A stretch of DNA of 64,000 nt. Source: Takakia lepidozioides (lineage: Eukaryota; Plantae; Bryophyta). The notes under the pieces were generated by a model. That model saw nothing but the letters and a program-made list of their open reading frames with translations. It ran no database searches and was not told the DNA's origin. The stretch covers positions 45,446,001 through 45,510,000 of the forward strand of contig CM060733.1 in the NCBI GenBank assembly GCA_030704615.1, written 5' to 3'. A program made the translations under genes and the position numbers. The first letter of the stretch is position 1. Each line of letters starts with the position of its first letter. Positions 21,180 through 34,476 of this stretch are shown piece by piece.

Positions 21180-21648
21180 GTGACAGAAGGAGCTGTGATG
21201 TTGCCAGGGACGGAAAACCCACTGGTGATCCGGATTGACTTCTCGGATCAACAAGCATGGGAGGCCATTGTGATGGCCATCAGGAAAACCAGCCCCGACG
21301 GTCGTGGAGCGCATGTGGAGCTCCTGGACGATCCTGCCTTCCAAGGCCTAACGACGGCGCAGGTGCTGGGGTTGGCCTCCGAGGAGTACACTTCTCAGCA
21401 CTCGTTCCTGATGATTGTGGACCACGTCACCATCAGTGACCCAGAGCACCCAATTGTTGTCGTCAATCTGTGGCACGAAGAGGACCATGAAGAGGCCGAC
21501 GAGGATGATGAATCACAGTTTCGTGTCGTTCCGGAGGCAATTCAAGCCATCGAGAACATCCAACATAGACTTCCAAGACTTTGCTGACGCCGTCGACGAA
21601 GACGGGATATTCCGGGATTTTGATAAGCCGACCACAGTTGGCACATAA
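21180..21648 (+). pseudogene. DUF6924-like (actinobacterial/fungal-type) domain, one frameshift
   Basis: LVIRIDFSDQQAWEAI...VELLDDPAFQGLT..QVL...EHPIVVVNL...FRVVPEAIQAIEN / NIDFQDFADAVDEDGIFRDF. GC-rich codons, no introns. Family recognised from memory. Confidence 0.72.
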
Positions 21649-21828
21649 ACGTCGACTCAGTGAAAGATTAATACTGCTTTGACATGTAGGCTTGGATACA
21701 GTCGACCCTGGATAAATGTTACCTGCTTTTTTTGTTATGTCACCATTAACGTTATTAAAAAAAAAAGTTATTAAATCTGCTCTGTAAAAATTTACACTTG
21801 AAAAATGGCATCAGAGCCTTATTTGATA

Positions 21829-22543
21829 TCAATATATGAAGCGAGACGTTTGTTTGTTTGTTTGTTTTGTTTTGTTTTGTTTTGTAGCGTTGAGATGTTC
21901 CGAACCGCAAGGCCCCGGCGCTGGTGCTTGGTACCGTTGGAAATCCCTCAACGAGGAGGGGTGCACCGGCTTGGTCTCATGATTTTTGGACATGCGGTGT
22001 GGGAGATACGAAATTCCAAGTACTTTTGGTCGCTGGAAATTCATAAAAAAATAGCAAAAATGGCAAAGTGGGCATTCCTGGGACAATGGTTGGAGCTTCA
22101 AGGGGAGAGATATCAAGGGAAAGGTCTCCGGTTCAAATCTGGTCGTAGGCTCTCTGAAAAAAAAAAAAAATGGATCAGATATGGGATTGCACTTGGACTT
22201 AGATGACATTGGACACTTGGGCCTGTCCATGGGAGATGCACTTGGATACTTGAATAGAGGATTGCACTTGGGCCTCGACATAGGAGACCCACTTTGGATA
22301 CATAAGAAATTGCACTTGGACTTAGATTTCAATTCTTCACACATGGGCCTTGACATAGGAGACGCTACTTGAATACATAGGGGATTGCACTTGGACTTAG
22401 ATTTCATTCTTAACCCATGGGCCAATGGCGCAGGCTACCCTAGGCCTAGATCTCCCAAACAGGAGGGTCTCTAGATACATAGGGGATTGCACTTGGACTT
22501 AGATGACACTGGACACTTGGGCCAACGACACAGGCTACCCTAG
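21829..22543 (+). mobile_element. Non-autonomous Helitron-like element with internal tandem repeats
   Basis: Starts A|TCAATATAT and ends ...CAGGCTACCCTAG|T (AT target). Internal GGGATTGCACTTGGACTTAGAT repeats; a second 3'-end-like copy at 22419-22443. Confidence 0.6.
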
Positions 22544-23629
22544 TGTGTTATGAAAATATGGCTCTCCTCTTTGTTAGCACACATCCATAGTTGTTAGATC
22601 TTATGCGGAGCCTTAATATAGTTGGTTTGAGAAAATATTCATCACTCTCAACATCCATCCACTCTCATCATTCATCACTCTCAACATCCATCCACTCTTA
22701 TCATTCATCCATATGTATTTTCAACCCTCTAATGAATAAATATTGTATTCTGTTGGATTGAAGAAATACTTATGCGGTGAAGGTTGTATGTACTAAACTC
22801 TAAACCTTTCCAACTGTTATTTTGCTTTATTGTTTTTCTCTCAAATGTTATGTTTTGGATTTTGACATCTATTTTTTGTTATCTGATAGATCTACATAAA
22901 TGTTATAATTTTTCTGCTCTATAGGCATAACAATTATCCTGTAATAGGCCAGTGTTGAATCCCGTTTCTTGATCCATCCTTTGAAACATGGAGCGAAGTC
23001 AAACTATAGGGGTAAGTAATATATCATCAATGCGTTCATATGCTTCATGAATTTCATCTTGTTTGTTGCAACAATTACTACAGTAGCTTTTAGAACATTC
23101 AAAATGAATATTTGCCCGGTCTAAATCAACATGCAAAATTTTGAAGGAAATATTCTCATGCATATGGCCTAGCACCCTAGCACCATATGTGCTAAGAATG
23201 TTATGCACATAGCCAAAACTTACAATTTACATAATACTTAACCCTTTGGAGGCCCGGTGACCACTTTCTGGTTGCAGATTTGACAAGGATGCTTATAACT
23301 CTAGATCTCTAATGAACTCAGTTTCTGAGACCAGTTTTCGATTTTCTTTGATATCACATATATTCAACGCCACAAATTGCACTCAATTTCGACTATTGTA
23401 GGTCCGTCAAATACATGCATGTACAAGGTTTACAGTAGACATAGGATGGGAGTTGAATGCGGGGTGCGAGGCTTGTCGGTACAATCCCCGGAGCTAACCG
23501 GAGTGCCCCCCTGGCCCTGCGGTCAAATCCCCACCCCCCCTTCCCTCGTGTATGCTTCACGCCCATCCGGGGTCCCACGCTCCATGTTCCCATTACGGCG
23601 CTCCCCTGTTCCCGCTCCTCCGCTCCCCT

Positions 23630-23760
23630 GTTATTGGAGCGGCGAAGCAGTAAAACAAGGGAGCAATAGCACAAGGGAGCCGGGAGTAGTAACATGGGAG
23701 CAGTAACAAGGGAGCGGCGGGGAGCAGTAACACAGGGGAGCGGGGAACAGGGGAGCAGCG
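23630..23760. repeat. Short GGGAGCAGTAACA-type tandem repeats
   Basis: Repeated gggagc(a/g)gtaaca(a/c) units. Confidence 0.6.
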
Positions 23761-23939
23761 ATTGTGAACAAAAGAGCGGAGATCCGCTTGAGGGACTTAG
23801 AATTTTTTGGAGATGCAAAAGTCTCATGGTATTTCAGTTAAATCCTTAAACATACGACTCTCACCGCACCATAGGCGAGATTTGAACCTGGCACAGTGTA
23901 GGTTAATGCACCACGCTACCCGCCACTTTCTTGCACACC

Positions 23940-26126
23940 CTCAGTATTGTTATATTCTCCCGCTCACAAGCACCATTCTATTCTGGCGTGTACACTGCAG
24001 TCATCTCGTGCTTGCACTCAATCTCATTCAAGAATTTCTGAAAATCTTTTCCAGTGAATTCACCGCCTCTGTCAGATCTTAGAACCTTCACAGTTTTCCC
24101 TGTTTCACACTTCATTTGGGCCACATAGCTTTTGAAGCTTTCAAGTGCTTGAGACTTCTTAACGATGCAAAAAATGACTCTGTAAGCCGAATGGTCATCT
24201 TTGAAGACAACGAGATACTTCGCTCCTCCCACTGATGGTGTACTAAATGGCCCAACAATATATGTGTGAACCAACTCTCCAATTTCCTCAGTTCTGGCCT
24301 TGATCTCGTTCTTGGGAAATGGACTTCTATGATGCTTGCCCAAAACACAGCTTTCACAAAAAGATGGCTCGATCTTGTTCGTGAGTGTCAAGCCTTCCAC
24401 CATGCTTTCCGCCGCCATGTGCTGGATATACTGGTAGTTCACATGACCCAATCTCTTGTGCCAAACTTCAAGACTCCTTTTTGCATCGCCCTGACTCTCC
24501 CAACCAAACATGCAACGACATTGACTGACTTCACTTTGATGAGAAGCTGCCAGAGGTCATCACTAATGCTCCCTTCCATGACCACTATGCCTTGATGAAA
24601 AAGCTTGCAGCCAGTCTTGTTCCGATCAATATCAGTACCCATCTTCACCGCTCTAAGCTCAGAAAATAGGTTTCTGCCCAATCCTGGCATATAAAGCACA
24701 TCTGTCATTTGACTGTCATACCATGTGTCATTCACCAGCACCTGAATCTTAATGGTTCCAATGCCTTGCACTACAAATTCAATGCCTCCTACTCCTTCCA
24801 CAATGTCGCTGCGACTGGAGATGTCTTCATATGTTGAGAACCAGTCTCTTCTGCCACTCATATATTGTGTGTATCCTAAATCGGCTATCCAAACATTTAA
24901 GTCTCGTTGAGCCGAGCTATCTGCTGTCACCATCCAAGCCTTGTAGTTGGATGCACCTAGCTTCACCTCAGCTTTCGGTTTGGCCTCCCCCCTTGGTTTG
25001 GCCTCTCCTCTCGGCTTTGGATCATTGGTGCACTCCCTGGCCTAATGTCATTTCTCCCCACAATTAAAGCAGATCGTGTTCTCTTTCTCCTTCTGAATGG
25101 CCTCTCTTCGGGCTTTCCTTTGCTCTGGAGTCAGGTTGGGCCGAGTGCCAAGTGCACTTGAGCCAGAAGCATCCCCTACTTTCTTCACAACAAATGTTTT
25201 GTTGGCTGTCGATCCCTCCGAATCTGCACTCTCATGTCCCTCCTCTATGAGCAAACGCATGACCAATAAGCAAATCCAAGTTCTTTCCGGGACCAGAAGG
25301 TACGTTGTCCCATGCTGTACGGAAATGCTTGAGGCCTGTTGGAAGGTTACAGAGAACCTTTGCCACCACTAAGGAGCCAGTGAAACTATTATCGCCAAGC
25401 CCTCGCAGCTGAGTGATGATCAGCTCAATCTTTCCAAGAAAATCAACAATAATACCACTCTCAATGCTGCACTTGTAGAACTGCTCCTGGAGACGATGGA
25501 TATTATCTGTCGATCGTTACTCATGCACTGACGTGAGCTTGTTCCCTGGAGAAAGATGCAGACGTCTCACAACTCATCAAATTCTTCAAGATCTTTCGAT
25601 CAACCACTTGGTTGTCTTTCTTCTTCCACGCTGCCAAGGATGCATCTTCTTGGGCTTTCGTTGCTTCATTCGCATCGGCTGTCCGGGTTGGCATCAATTC
25701 TGTTCCCGAGGCGATTTCCATAAGCTCCTTCCCCCGAAAGATAGCTTGCATTTGATACTTCCACATGGCGAAGCCCTCACCACTAAATCTCTCAATGTTG
25801 CTTAGCTCTGATTTAGGTGATCAATTCTGCCATGACTTAAGCTGTTTGCTCTCACCCTCGACACAAAAACTACGATTGGAAAAACAAACTAAGACGCACT
25901 GTCGATCTATAAAAATCTATGCAACAAAGATGTGGCCATTGGCTGCTGAAAGAGGAAAGAAGAACTCTCACAAACTCAAGAAAGATAATAGCAATGAAAA
26001 GAAAGATCAGAATTACCAATCAAAGCTTATGAGCTTCCATTTTAATATTTCTTGTGATGTACTGGCAGACGTCACTCAGGAATAAGGAGTAACAAAGTAT
26101 GACAGGAGAAGCATGGGCCCATAACC
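23940..26126 (-). mobile_element. Decayed Ty1/Copia internal region (gag, zinc knuckle, protease, GAG-pre-integrase, integrase; RT absent)
   Basis: WKYQMQAIFRGKEL, ICFNCGEK, WIADLG, WHKRLGH..CESCVLGK, LRSDRGGEF..YTPE*NG. PBS GGTTATGGGCCC on the minus strand at 26115-26126. Confidence 0.9.
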
Positions 26127-26553
26127 TTTTGGAAACAACATGTTAAAAGCAGCAATCACAAGTAGATAAGATGTGGCACACTGTTAGCAACCTGTAAATG
26201 TGGTATTACTCATGTCAGAGAATACAAGACTGACTCTACTAGCATACCAGCAGGCTTTGCCACTTCACTCACCGACCTTAGCTACTACCAGCAATATATA
26301 AGCACATATACAAAAGCTACAGGCGTCCTAATCACGAGAAGACAACATCAGTCAAAGGAGCGTTGCTCGCTACCTCTATCGATCATCAGCTACAGCAAAA
26401 CTGATCGGCTATCATACCAGTCGAACGAGTGGCCTATTAGTGGATTACTAGTTCTTGATTAAGTGACTAGTTACTTGATCCAAAAATCTGATCGAGAAGG
26501 CTGCCCCTATGTCGTACATATAATATATCCAATAGGGCGGCCCTCCACTCACA
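26127..26553 (-). mobile_element. Copia LTR (~425 bp)
   Basis: On the minus strand it begins TGTGAG after a purine tract, contains a TATA-like run and is directly followed by the PBS. Confidence 0.6.
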
Positions 26554-26573
26554 GCCTCCCCCTACACGTATAA

Positions 26574-29500
26574 TCAGGCAACTGTCAGGTCATCGGTGTA
26601 ATGGATATGAAGGACTGGAACCAAGAAATCTAGCTCCATACCCATCAAACCAAACTCTTCTGAGTCGTCAAGCACTCCATTGTCGCCGAGGCTTTTTTGC
26701 ATATCCACCTCCATAAACTGTCCCTTGGTTACTTCCAGAATTGCTTTCCACTCGTAGCTGGCAGCATGTGCATTATGCTCTGTATAGCGGACCAGAATAT
26801 GCGCAACCGATTCCTCAGAGGGCACCTGGCTTGAAATTCCAGAAATGTGATACTTGAGTCTTGGGCGAAGCTGGACTTTTCCAGGGGGAGAAATCCCAGC
26901 ACAATCAATCAAGCTGAGCTCAAATATGCAGGCCTGGGGTAATTTAGATTTTCTAGATGGGATGATGTTCTGAAGCTTTCCAGAAGAGATACACATTAGG
27001 TCCACTGAACTAATTTTCGGAGATTGGCAAGTGAGGCAACATGAATTGTTTGACCAGCATGAGATTTCTTTGCAAAGTACTGAAGCATACAAAAGGGAGG
27101 CACTGGGCAACTAACGCTGTGGCCTGGATACTGAGTGGCCCACAAAAGGCCTAAACTAGTGAATTGGGAACAATCAATACATGGTTTGATCAGTACTGCC
27201 TGGCAAAAAATGTCGTGGGGGGTGGGGGGGAGGGATTAGAAAGGAGAATTGTCCTGGAGTCTCCTACATGTGACCAGGAATCAGTCTGACGCAATCTTTT
27301 TTTCGCAGTCAGTTTGCGAACCTTAGCTTTACGTGTTGCCGATCGACAGGCAGTGTTTCATACATGCGCAAGAGAACAATAGAGAAGAAGAAATCCATGG
27401 AGGCTGAGAGGACCCATGAGAGAGAAAGAAAATAAGAAAGAAAAGAAAGGAAATGGTACTTCATAACGCTCAGGGGAAGCTGAAAGAGCTCATGGGACAA
27501 GAGGAAGCAGGAAACATGAAGGAAAATGTACACAAAAGGCTTTGTTTGCTGTAGCCTGAAACAAGAAAGAGAGAGGGGCCACAAGCAGCCCAAGAGAAAC
27601 TATTGCTCAAGGGATTGTCATGGAGGTAAGCTGCCCACAATGGAAGACCTCTGTGAGAGATTGGATATCACTGAATAGACAGATGAATAGGGGGCAGGTT
27701 CCATTGACACCTCAAGGTAAGTCGAATTGTGGCGCATTGTGCGCTTTTGCAGGAGTATTCTTGTTATAAGGGAGAATCGCTGCCTATATGAAGGAAACGG
27801 GAGACTTATTTCCGACCACGTTGGTTTGATGACAAATAAGGGATGCAAGCGAACTAAACACACTATTATTATCTTGCATGCTCTCTTATTCTCAACGTCC
27901 GTAGTGCGTGCAACGGAACCGTTTAATTTGGGGAACAACGCGGGACGAATCTTCAGAGGCAACAAATAAAAAGGTATTGCCTAATCTCTGGTCATGAACC
28001 ATACCTCCATCAGATATACGTGGTCTAGGAGAATATTCTTGATGCGTACAAAACGAGTGCGTTGACTAAGGTTGCCGATGGTGTACTGCGGGTCTTGCCA
28101 CCATGGCGTCTCAAAGCTCATATCAAAATCGGTTCGAGGGCCCTTGGGTGGGATGTGTATAAACCTACCCTATACATCCTTCACAAAACGTTGTCAATAC
28201 GAGAGCGTTACCATACTGCTTACAGCTATCCCCATGCAACGAAACCTCATTGCTAGATGCAATGTAAGAGAAAGCAAAGGCGATTCACACAATAATACGG
28301 GTTTTCGTCCTATGATCCTGCAGGAGATATCGCTATCCTTGAGATTGGCCTGTGAAGGAAGTGACTCCTAAGTACAGAAGTAAATTATTTTTTATCTGAT
28401 TTCTAAGAGATTTATCCTTTAAATCGTTTAAGCAGCTTAAGTGCACTTTCCTTTCTCGGGCTTGGAACCACCTCCATCTTACATAACACGCCCCAAGGTC
28501 TTCATTAAACTATCATGCATTCTTTTGATAATGCTCCAGGTATCGCAAGTATCTTATAAAATGTCTTTCTACGACCTCTTTGTCAGAGTAAAGTCAGAGT
28601 AAAATCAGTGAAAAACTGAGAAAGATCTGGTGAGAGAAATCGCACCTGCGGAGTGTAGTAGGTGGGGATATGCATCATGGGATCAAACCACATGAGAACC
28701 TCAAGCTCCTCAGTTTCGAATGACCTGGATTCAAACCAGTGGCTAATATCTCTACCAGCATTGTCTAGGAGTGGCTGCTCCATCCCACGTACACAGGAGA
28801 GGGGTTAGTAGCTGCCTCTATCATGTGTATGCTCCGTGGGGTTGAGAAGGCAGGACCCAGATTGATCAACACATCCAGAGGGCTCAGCGAGAGAGCACCG
28901 ATTCTGCTCTAAGTCGCAAACTTGTAGACCTCCGCAGTGGTATCGAAAGCCACTCTTGCGGTACGTCATAGGAGGTAGGTGATCTTTTTTACAAGTGACG
29001 GGTCGTGAACAGAAAGATCGAAATTCGCTTAGGCTAAGAAACCGTTTCTGAATGGGCGCCTGAATGGAGAGGGAAAGCGAGAGAGATCAACATCAATGTG
29101 GACAGTGGCAAGAGGGGGATCTGAATGCAGAAGGCTTGGCATGATTCAAATGGCTTTAACGAGCTGAAGAAGGAGATACTCATGCTCACGACACACCACA
29201 CATGATTGAGGCGGAGTAAAAATTGACAGGGGGATGAAGCGGGGGTACTGACCTCTGCAAGATAATGCGGGTTTTGGGGGAAAAGGTTGGTCAAGTCAAA
29301 TACAGTGCCCCTTATAGTGATCCAGCAATCGTAGGTCGTGCAATGTGTGCCCACTTCTTCAGCCGTGTACCACCTGCCAGATATTGTTCTAAGTTGGCTT
29401 GGACTCAAGTGAAAATATTCTCTCTCTATTCTATTGTAAGACGGATTTAGACTAGGGAAGTTCTGATGCGTGAGAACTTCCAGCTTTTGATCAATTTTAT

Positions 29501-29691
29501 TATCAAAGGCAAGCAGTCCTGAGGATGATTCGACACAGACAGCACAGAACCGGATCTTTTGCAGATTTTAGACCAAGAGATCGAATCGAATGTTTATACT
29601 GCAATATTAAACGTCATAACCTTCATATGTACATAACATTTCCTGGAACTAGTCAGCAATGTTGGTTAACCGATTGAAAAAGCATTTCCAT
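26574..29691 (-). CDS. CYB5D1: Cytochrome b5 domain-containing protein 1 (ciliary heme/steroid-binding domain protein)
   Basis: Exons 29555-29253 (YTAEEVGTHCTTYDCWITIRGTVFDLT), 28774-28646 (NAGRDISHWF), 28169-28005 (GRFIHIPP..PRTDFD..TPWWQD) and 26825-26574 (HNAHAASYEWK...LHIHYTDDLTVA*), all GT..AG and in phase. Tentative first exon 29691-29671. Confidence 0.9.
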
Positions 29692-32600
29692 AGCCTGCAC
29701 TGCCTGGCAGCGGTACTTGAGCAACCGAAAAGCCGTTATAGCTAACTCATGCATACATTGCAATAAGATTATTGATAAAGAAAAACAGCATTTGGGAGCT
29801 TTAGATCTCTATAGTTGTGTCACCTGCTGGGCCGTCTATTGGTGCTTTTCACTTTCCGGAACTCCTCGTACAGCAGAATCCCCATTCAGGAGGCAGCAGG
29901 GAAATAAGAGGAGACAGAGACTCAGGCAACAACACTTAAAAGCTTGCATAAACTATCTATTGTCTTACAAAGACTTTCTCGTATTCCGTAGGGAATGAAG
30001 TGTTATCCATTCACTCATAGGCACTCTTCTTGGTGAATAAAATTTGCACATGCACTCAAATTCAGCATAACAAGCGGAATCACGCTCGAGAGTAAAGGAC
30101 ATCATGAACACAGAAATGAGCAAGACAGAGAAGAAGAAGATCTATAAGGTAGGCAAGACGAAGGGTAAACGCAGGCCATCATTGGTTACGAGAAAACGAG
30201 AGCAACGCAGAAATCGACAAATAGCGAGAGTTTGAGAGAAGAGAGAAGAGAAGCGCGGGCGGAACATACGGGAAATTGTAACGTACAAGAGACTCGGCCA
30301 GCTGGAGCCCATTCAGGTGTCTTCCTGAAAATTAGGGAAGGAACATCTCGATGTCCTTAGTTACAACAGGTCTACAGACAAGGAAGAGTGCAAAGACGGA
30401 GCACTTGTAAGGAAAGACGATCTCGATTGTTACCCGTAGAACCATTTGAAGGATTCTTTGAAGCGAAGGAAAGAGATCTCAATGAAGGTATGTGTTGCAG
30501 CGTGCCTCTGAATTAAGCAAGAGTCCTAATTTCATCTATTTAATTACTAAATTCATGTGCAGTGTAGGGGAGGTTGAACGTGGATGAGGAGTACATCCAG
30601 GTATGCATTCAAACAACCGTTGCGTGACAATTTCCAGTCTCAGTTCCCCACACCCTACATGGCTACCACATCACCTTTCTGATAACAGCTGCCCGAAGCC
30701 CTGTGATGATGCTCCCTGGTCAATGGTGTCACCTTGATCTGCGTGCCATGTATTTCAGAGTAAACTATCCAAATTGAATGCAGAGAATAAATGATCTGAG
30801 TCCAGTTTAATGCTAGATCGACATTACGCAACAATCCATCCCTTCTAAACCGAGTTTCAAATTTTGTGCGGCACCGTAAGCCCACCTTACAATTCATCAT
30901 GAGGGTACACGCCTGGGCCTCAAGAAGGTGCTCAAAGGCCTGAGTGCGAGCAACAGATGCATAGGGGTGTTGAGTCTCAGGCCATCCTTCGGCTAGGGTG
31001 GCCAACCATGGATAGTAGTCCTACGCAAGCCCCATCGTTTTCTCCCTCACTTCAGCAGTTGTTCACTCTACACTCTCATGCTCTTGCATTATATTGGTGC
31101 TCTGTAGGATGCTCCCCGATGCTTTGGAGCAAAGTGGTCTCCTGGCCTTCGTTGAGTACTTCGATCAATGGCTTGCTCATGAAGAAGACAATATTTAGAG
31201 AGAACTGGTGTTATGAGGAGGACCTACATAGTGCAGCTTTCGATAACTGAAATCAGTATACTGAATGGAGGGCTTTCGTGTGAAAAGAGAGCCAAAGACA
31301 TGAGACCAATTCTCTTGCGATAATAGAGAACCACAGGATGTTAAGCCTCCTGTTCCCTTGGAAAAGTGTGTGTGTGATACACCATGCACCAGGAAGGACC
31401 AGATTTATCTTGAACAGGAGGAAGTTTAAGAGAATCCAAAACGAACTGATGGCAGGGTCTTATTACAATCACTCCGTGCACCTGCCATTTGCAGGTTTCA
31501 GGGGACAGATCAAAACTCATGCTCAGAACAAACTGAAAGTTTAATCCTTTTACTCCACTAGAAGAAGCATAACATAACCACCAAAAAACTACATAAGAGT
31601 AAACTGGCAGTTTAAAGAAGAAGGTGTGCAGTTGTTCTGTTGAGCATTAGGTCAAGATACATGGTGCAGAGGCATCATTCTTCTATGACCATGGACCAAT
31701 GATTATATTCAGTCCTGTGACTAAATCACAAGGCTGTTTCTTTAAGTCAGTCACTATTGGTTATCTCAGTCAGCAGCCAAAAATCCTTTCTCATTCTGCT
31801 GCAGATACATAAGCATCCCTCCTCTGGCCTGCAACATCAAACTAAGCTGCATTTGCAGAAGCACTATGGCAAGGAGCCCTCAACACAACCACAAAAAGCC
31901 AAGAGAAAGTGTCCTTGTCAATGCCGGTTACACAAAACCCTCGAAGTTATAGCCCCAAGCATGTCAGGGTACAAAATTTCGGGTCTGAGATTGCAATGGT
32001 GTTCACACAAACCTGACAGGGGATCCAGGGGCTGTCATCTTCAGAAGAGGAACATGGATGTTGCAGTTCTCTCAGAGCCACTTCTTGCGAGATTCGGCAT
32101 TACACTGCTGCAGCTGAATTTGACTTGCAAAATCAGGAGAGAAGTAAAATACATTCTCATTTAGATCTGTAGGGTTGTTCCCATAGACCCTGCCCTCCAT
32201 CTAAATGAAGCAGGGGAGAGAGAGAGAAGAAGAAAGAAATAATGAAAGATGCTTTCTAGTCTACAGAGGGCCACAAGGCCCCAGAGAGAACAAAAAAGAA
32301 TGTCAACTTCAAATCATTTGTAGCACCAAGCTTCATAATGTGTAACCCGACAGATGCAAAAAATACATAGACTTTAATCACTCAGAAGCAAAGTGTTTCG
32401 CAGTCTGAGAGAAACAATGTCACTTGTAACTTCATGAGAATGTAGAGGTACAACTGCTTGAATGATAGGTGCCTGTGCCTGTGACTGAAAAGCTCCGCCG
32501 CTAACTGCATCAGAGTAAATGTACAACATAACTCCTGATGTCACAATGCTGGGCTGCAGTATCCAACAGGATACCATCTGAGCAACTTGAGTCAAGATAT

Positions 32601-32747
32601 GAGGGTGTATCCATCGGAGAGTTAGAAATAAACAACACACCAAGTGCTTGCAACCTCGCCTTTGCGAGGAGACTGGGGTTGCTCTCTGCGATAGACTGAA
32701 ATCTTTGGGAAAGGTGACCAGTTTGGACTAGATGTACACAATTCCCC

Positions 32748-34476
32748 TTAGTGACTTTTGGCATACTTAAGGGGTGGACTCAACAATCTCATGTCAGGGG
32801 CCAAATGACCCATGCTGCTGACGCGGATCACGCCCTGGGAACTGAGGCCTGTAGTAGTGCTGGCTGGAATTGAAGAAAGGGGCAGAGCGAGATGAGAAAG
32901 GCCGTTGTCTTGGATGGGGATTGGCGGTGAGAGATGCATCACACCCTGCTGCTCAAGACCACATGTGGCCATGAGACCAGCGCTGTTGATAGATGCCTGG
33001 GGATCGCAAGGAGGTGAGGAGGAAATGGAGACGCGGGGAATATCCAATGTGTCGAGGGCTGGAGGGGGATGCCGCCATTGGGGGAGGGGACCAGCCACGA
33101 GAAGTGTTTGCAGCAGAGGACCAGCTTGCATCACTGCTTGCAGCAGCTTTCCCTTTTCGGGCAGGGATTTCAACATCACCTGCAGGTCTGCTTCTGGTGG
33201 TTCAGGCAGATGCAGTGGGCGGGAAGGTAACTGCAACGGGCCTGAACACACAGCCTCATACTGGTCCAAAGGGCTGAGCAGAGAGGCCACGGCTGAACCA
33301 CTGTGAAGGCAAGCCGACGCCAACCCTAGGCTGTTGGAAAGGGGCGGCGAGCACAGGCCTGGTGCAGGAAGCGTTGGCCATGACGAGTGCTGCAGCGCTG
33401 ACATGGCGGCAGCAATGCTGGAATGTGATTCATGCATGACTTGCTGGTGCACTAGGGCCTGTTGTTCAGACTGCAGCTGCTGTTCATTCTGTTGTTGCAT
33501 CTGCGAAAGCAACTGCTCCGATTCGTGCTCTAGCTGCTCGTCTGTCCGCTGCTGCAGCAGCTGATGATGGTGATGATGAAGACGATGGTGCTGCATGCTG
33601 TGTTCTTCTTGGTGCTGTTGCTGGGACTGCTGCCGATCTGATGGCGAAGAGGATTGCTGCAGGTCATCCAGCCTACGCAAGGAGCGCTGTTCGTCTGGAG
33701 AATGGAGCGTGGGCAGTGGATGGAGTGAGGAATGCGCATCTGGGCACGCAAGGTCCAGATGATGAAGTACCTGAGCTGAGCCCTCCAAGTGATCCAGGTG
33801 CTGGTCATGGTGCACTAAGGGAACGTGGCCAGAATGGTGAGAATCATCCAGGTCCAGGTGTTGTTGGAGCTCCTCCAGCTGTTGTTGCTGTGCATCGGCC
33901 GCAGATTCACCTACACCTCCAGTATTCGGCAGGCTCTCAACTAGAGAACCATTCAAGCTCGGCGAGCGGGACAGGCGTTCTTGCAGCTGGAGATATTGCT
34001 CACGCGCTTCGTCCCTTTCCCGCATAGCGGTCTTCAACAGACCCTTCAAATATCGCACACTCGCTTCGTGCAGCTGGCCCTGCGCTGTGGCTGCTGCTCG
34101 TGCCGCTTCCAGCTCGTGGGAGGCACACATTAGCAGGTGGCTCATCTCATCATAACTCTGCAACACATCCAAAACCACAAAAGCTCAATTTTGATCCCCC
34201 TTCCTCACACTGACTGTGAAGTGCAAAATCACAAATGTTCACAGCTCAATTCGCTCACGACTCAAACTCCGCCCCCCTTCGGATCACGCATAGTGCAATG
34301 AGTGGTAATGAGATGGAAAGTCTTCAAACAGAGAACACTAACAGCAAGAATAAGATCGAGAAGATACATTGAGTTTTACAGACAGACAGACGGTGTGTGC
34401 ATACTTGGGAAGGATGGAAACAGGAATTCGTGGCTGCGGGAATGCTGCCAGTCATGGTTGCCAGGCTCCCCTCCAT
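32748..34476 (-). CDS. DUF1635 plant protein (coiled coil, Q/H-rich middle)
   Basis: Signature LPEKGKLLQAVMQAGPLLQTLLVAGPLPQWRHPPP; N-terminal ELEAAR...ERDEAR. Exons ~34476-34405 and 34157-32748 (start could instead be 34530). Confidence 0.92.

Noticed and set aside
21806-21817. TGGCATCAGAGC PBS-like sequence
   Set aside because: One mismatch, with no LTR end or gag next to it.
29253-29408. CYB5D1 apparently lacking an ATG (track start is TTG)
   Set aside because: The frame stays open to ~29567, and a phase-compatible upstream mini-exon (ATG at 29691) exists.
30001-30629. Possible solo LTR (TG...CA, TATA-like, purine-rich)
   Set aside because: No TSD, PBS, PPT or second copy to support it.
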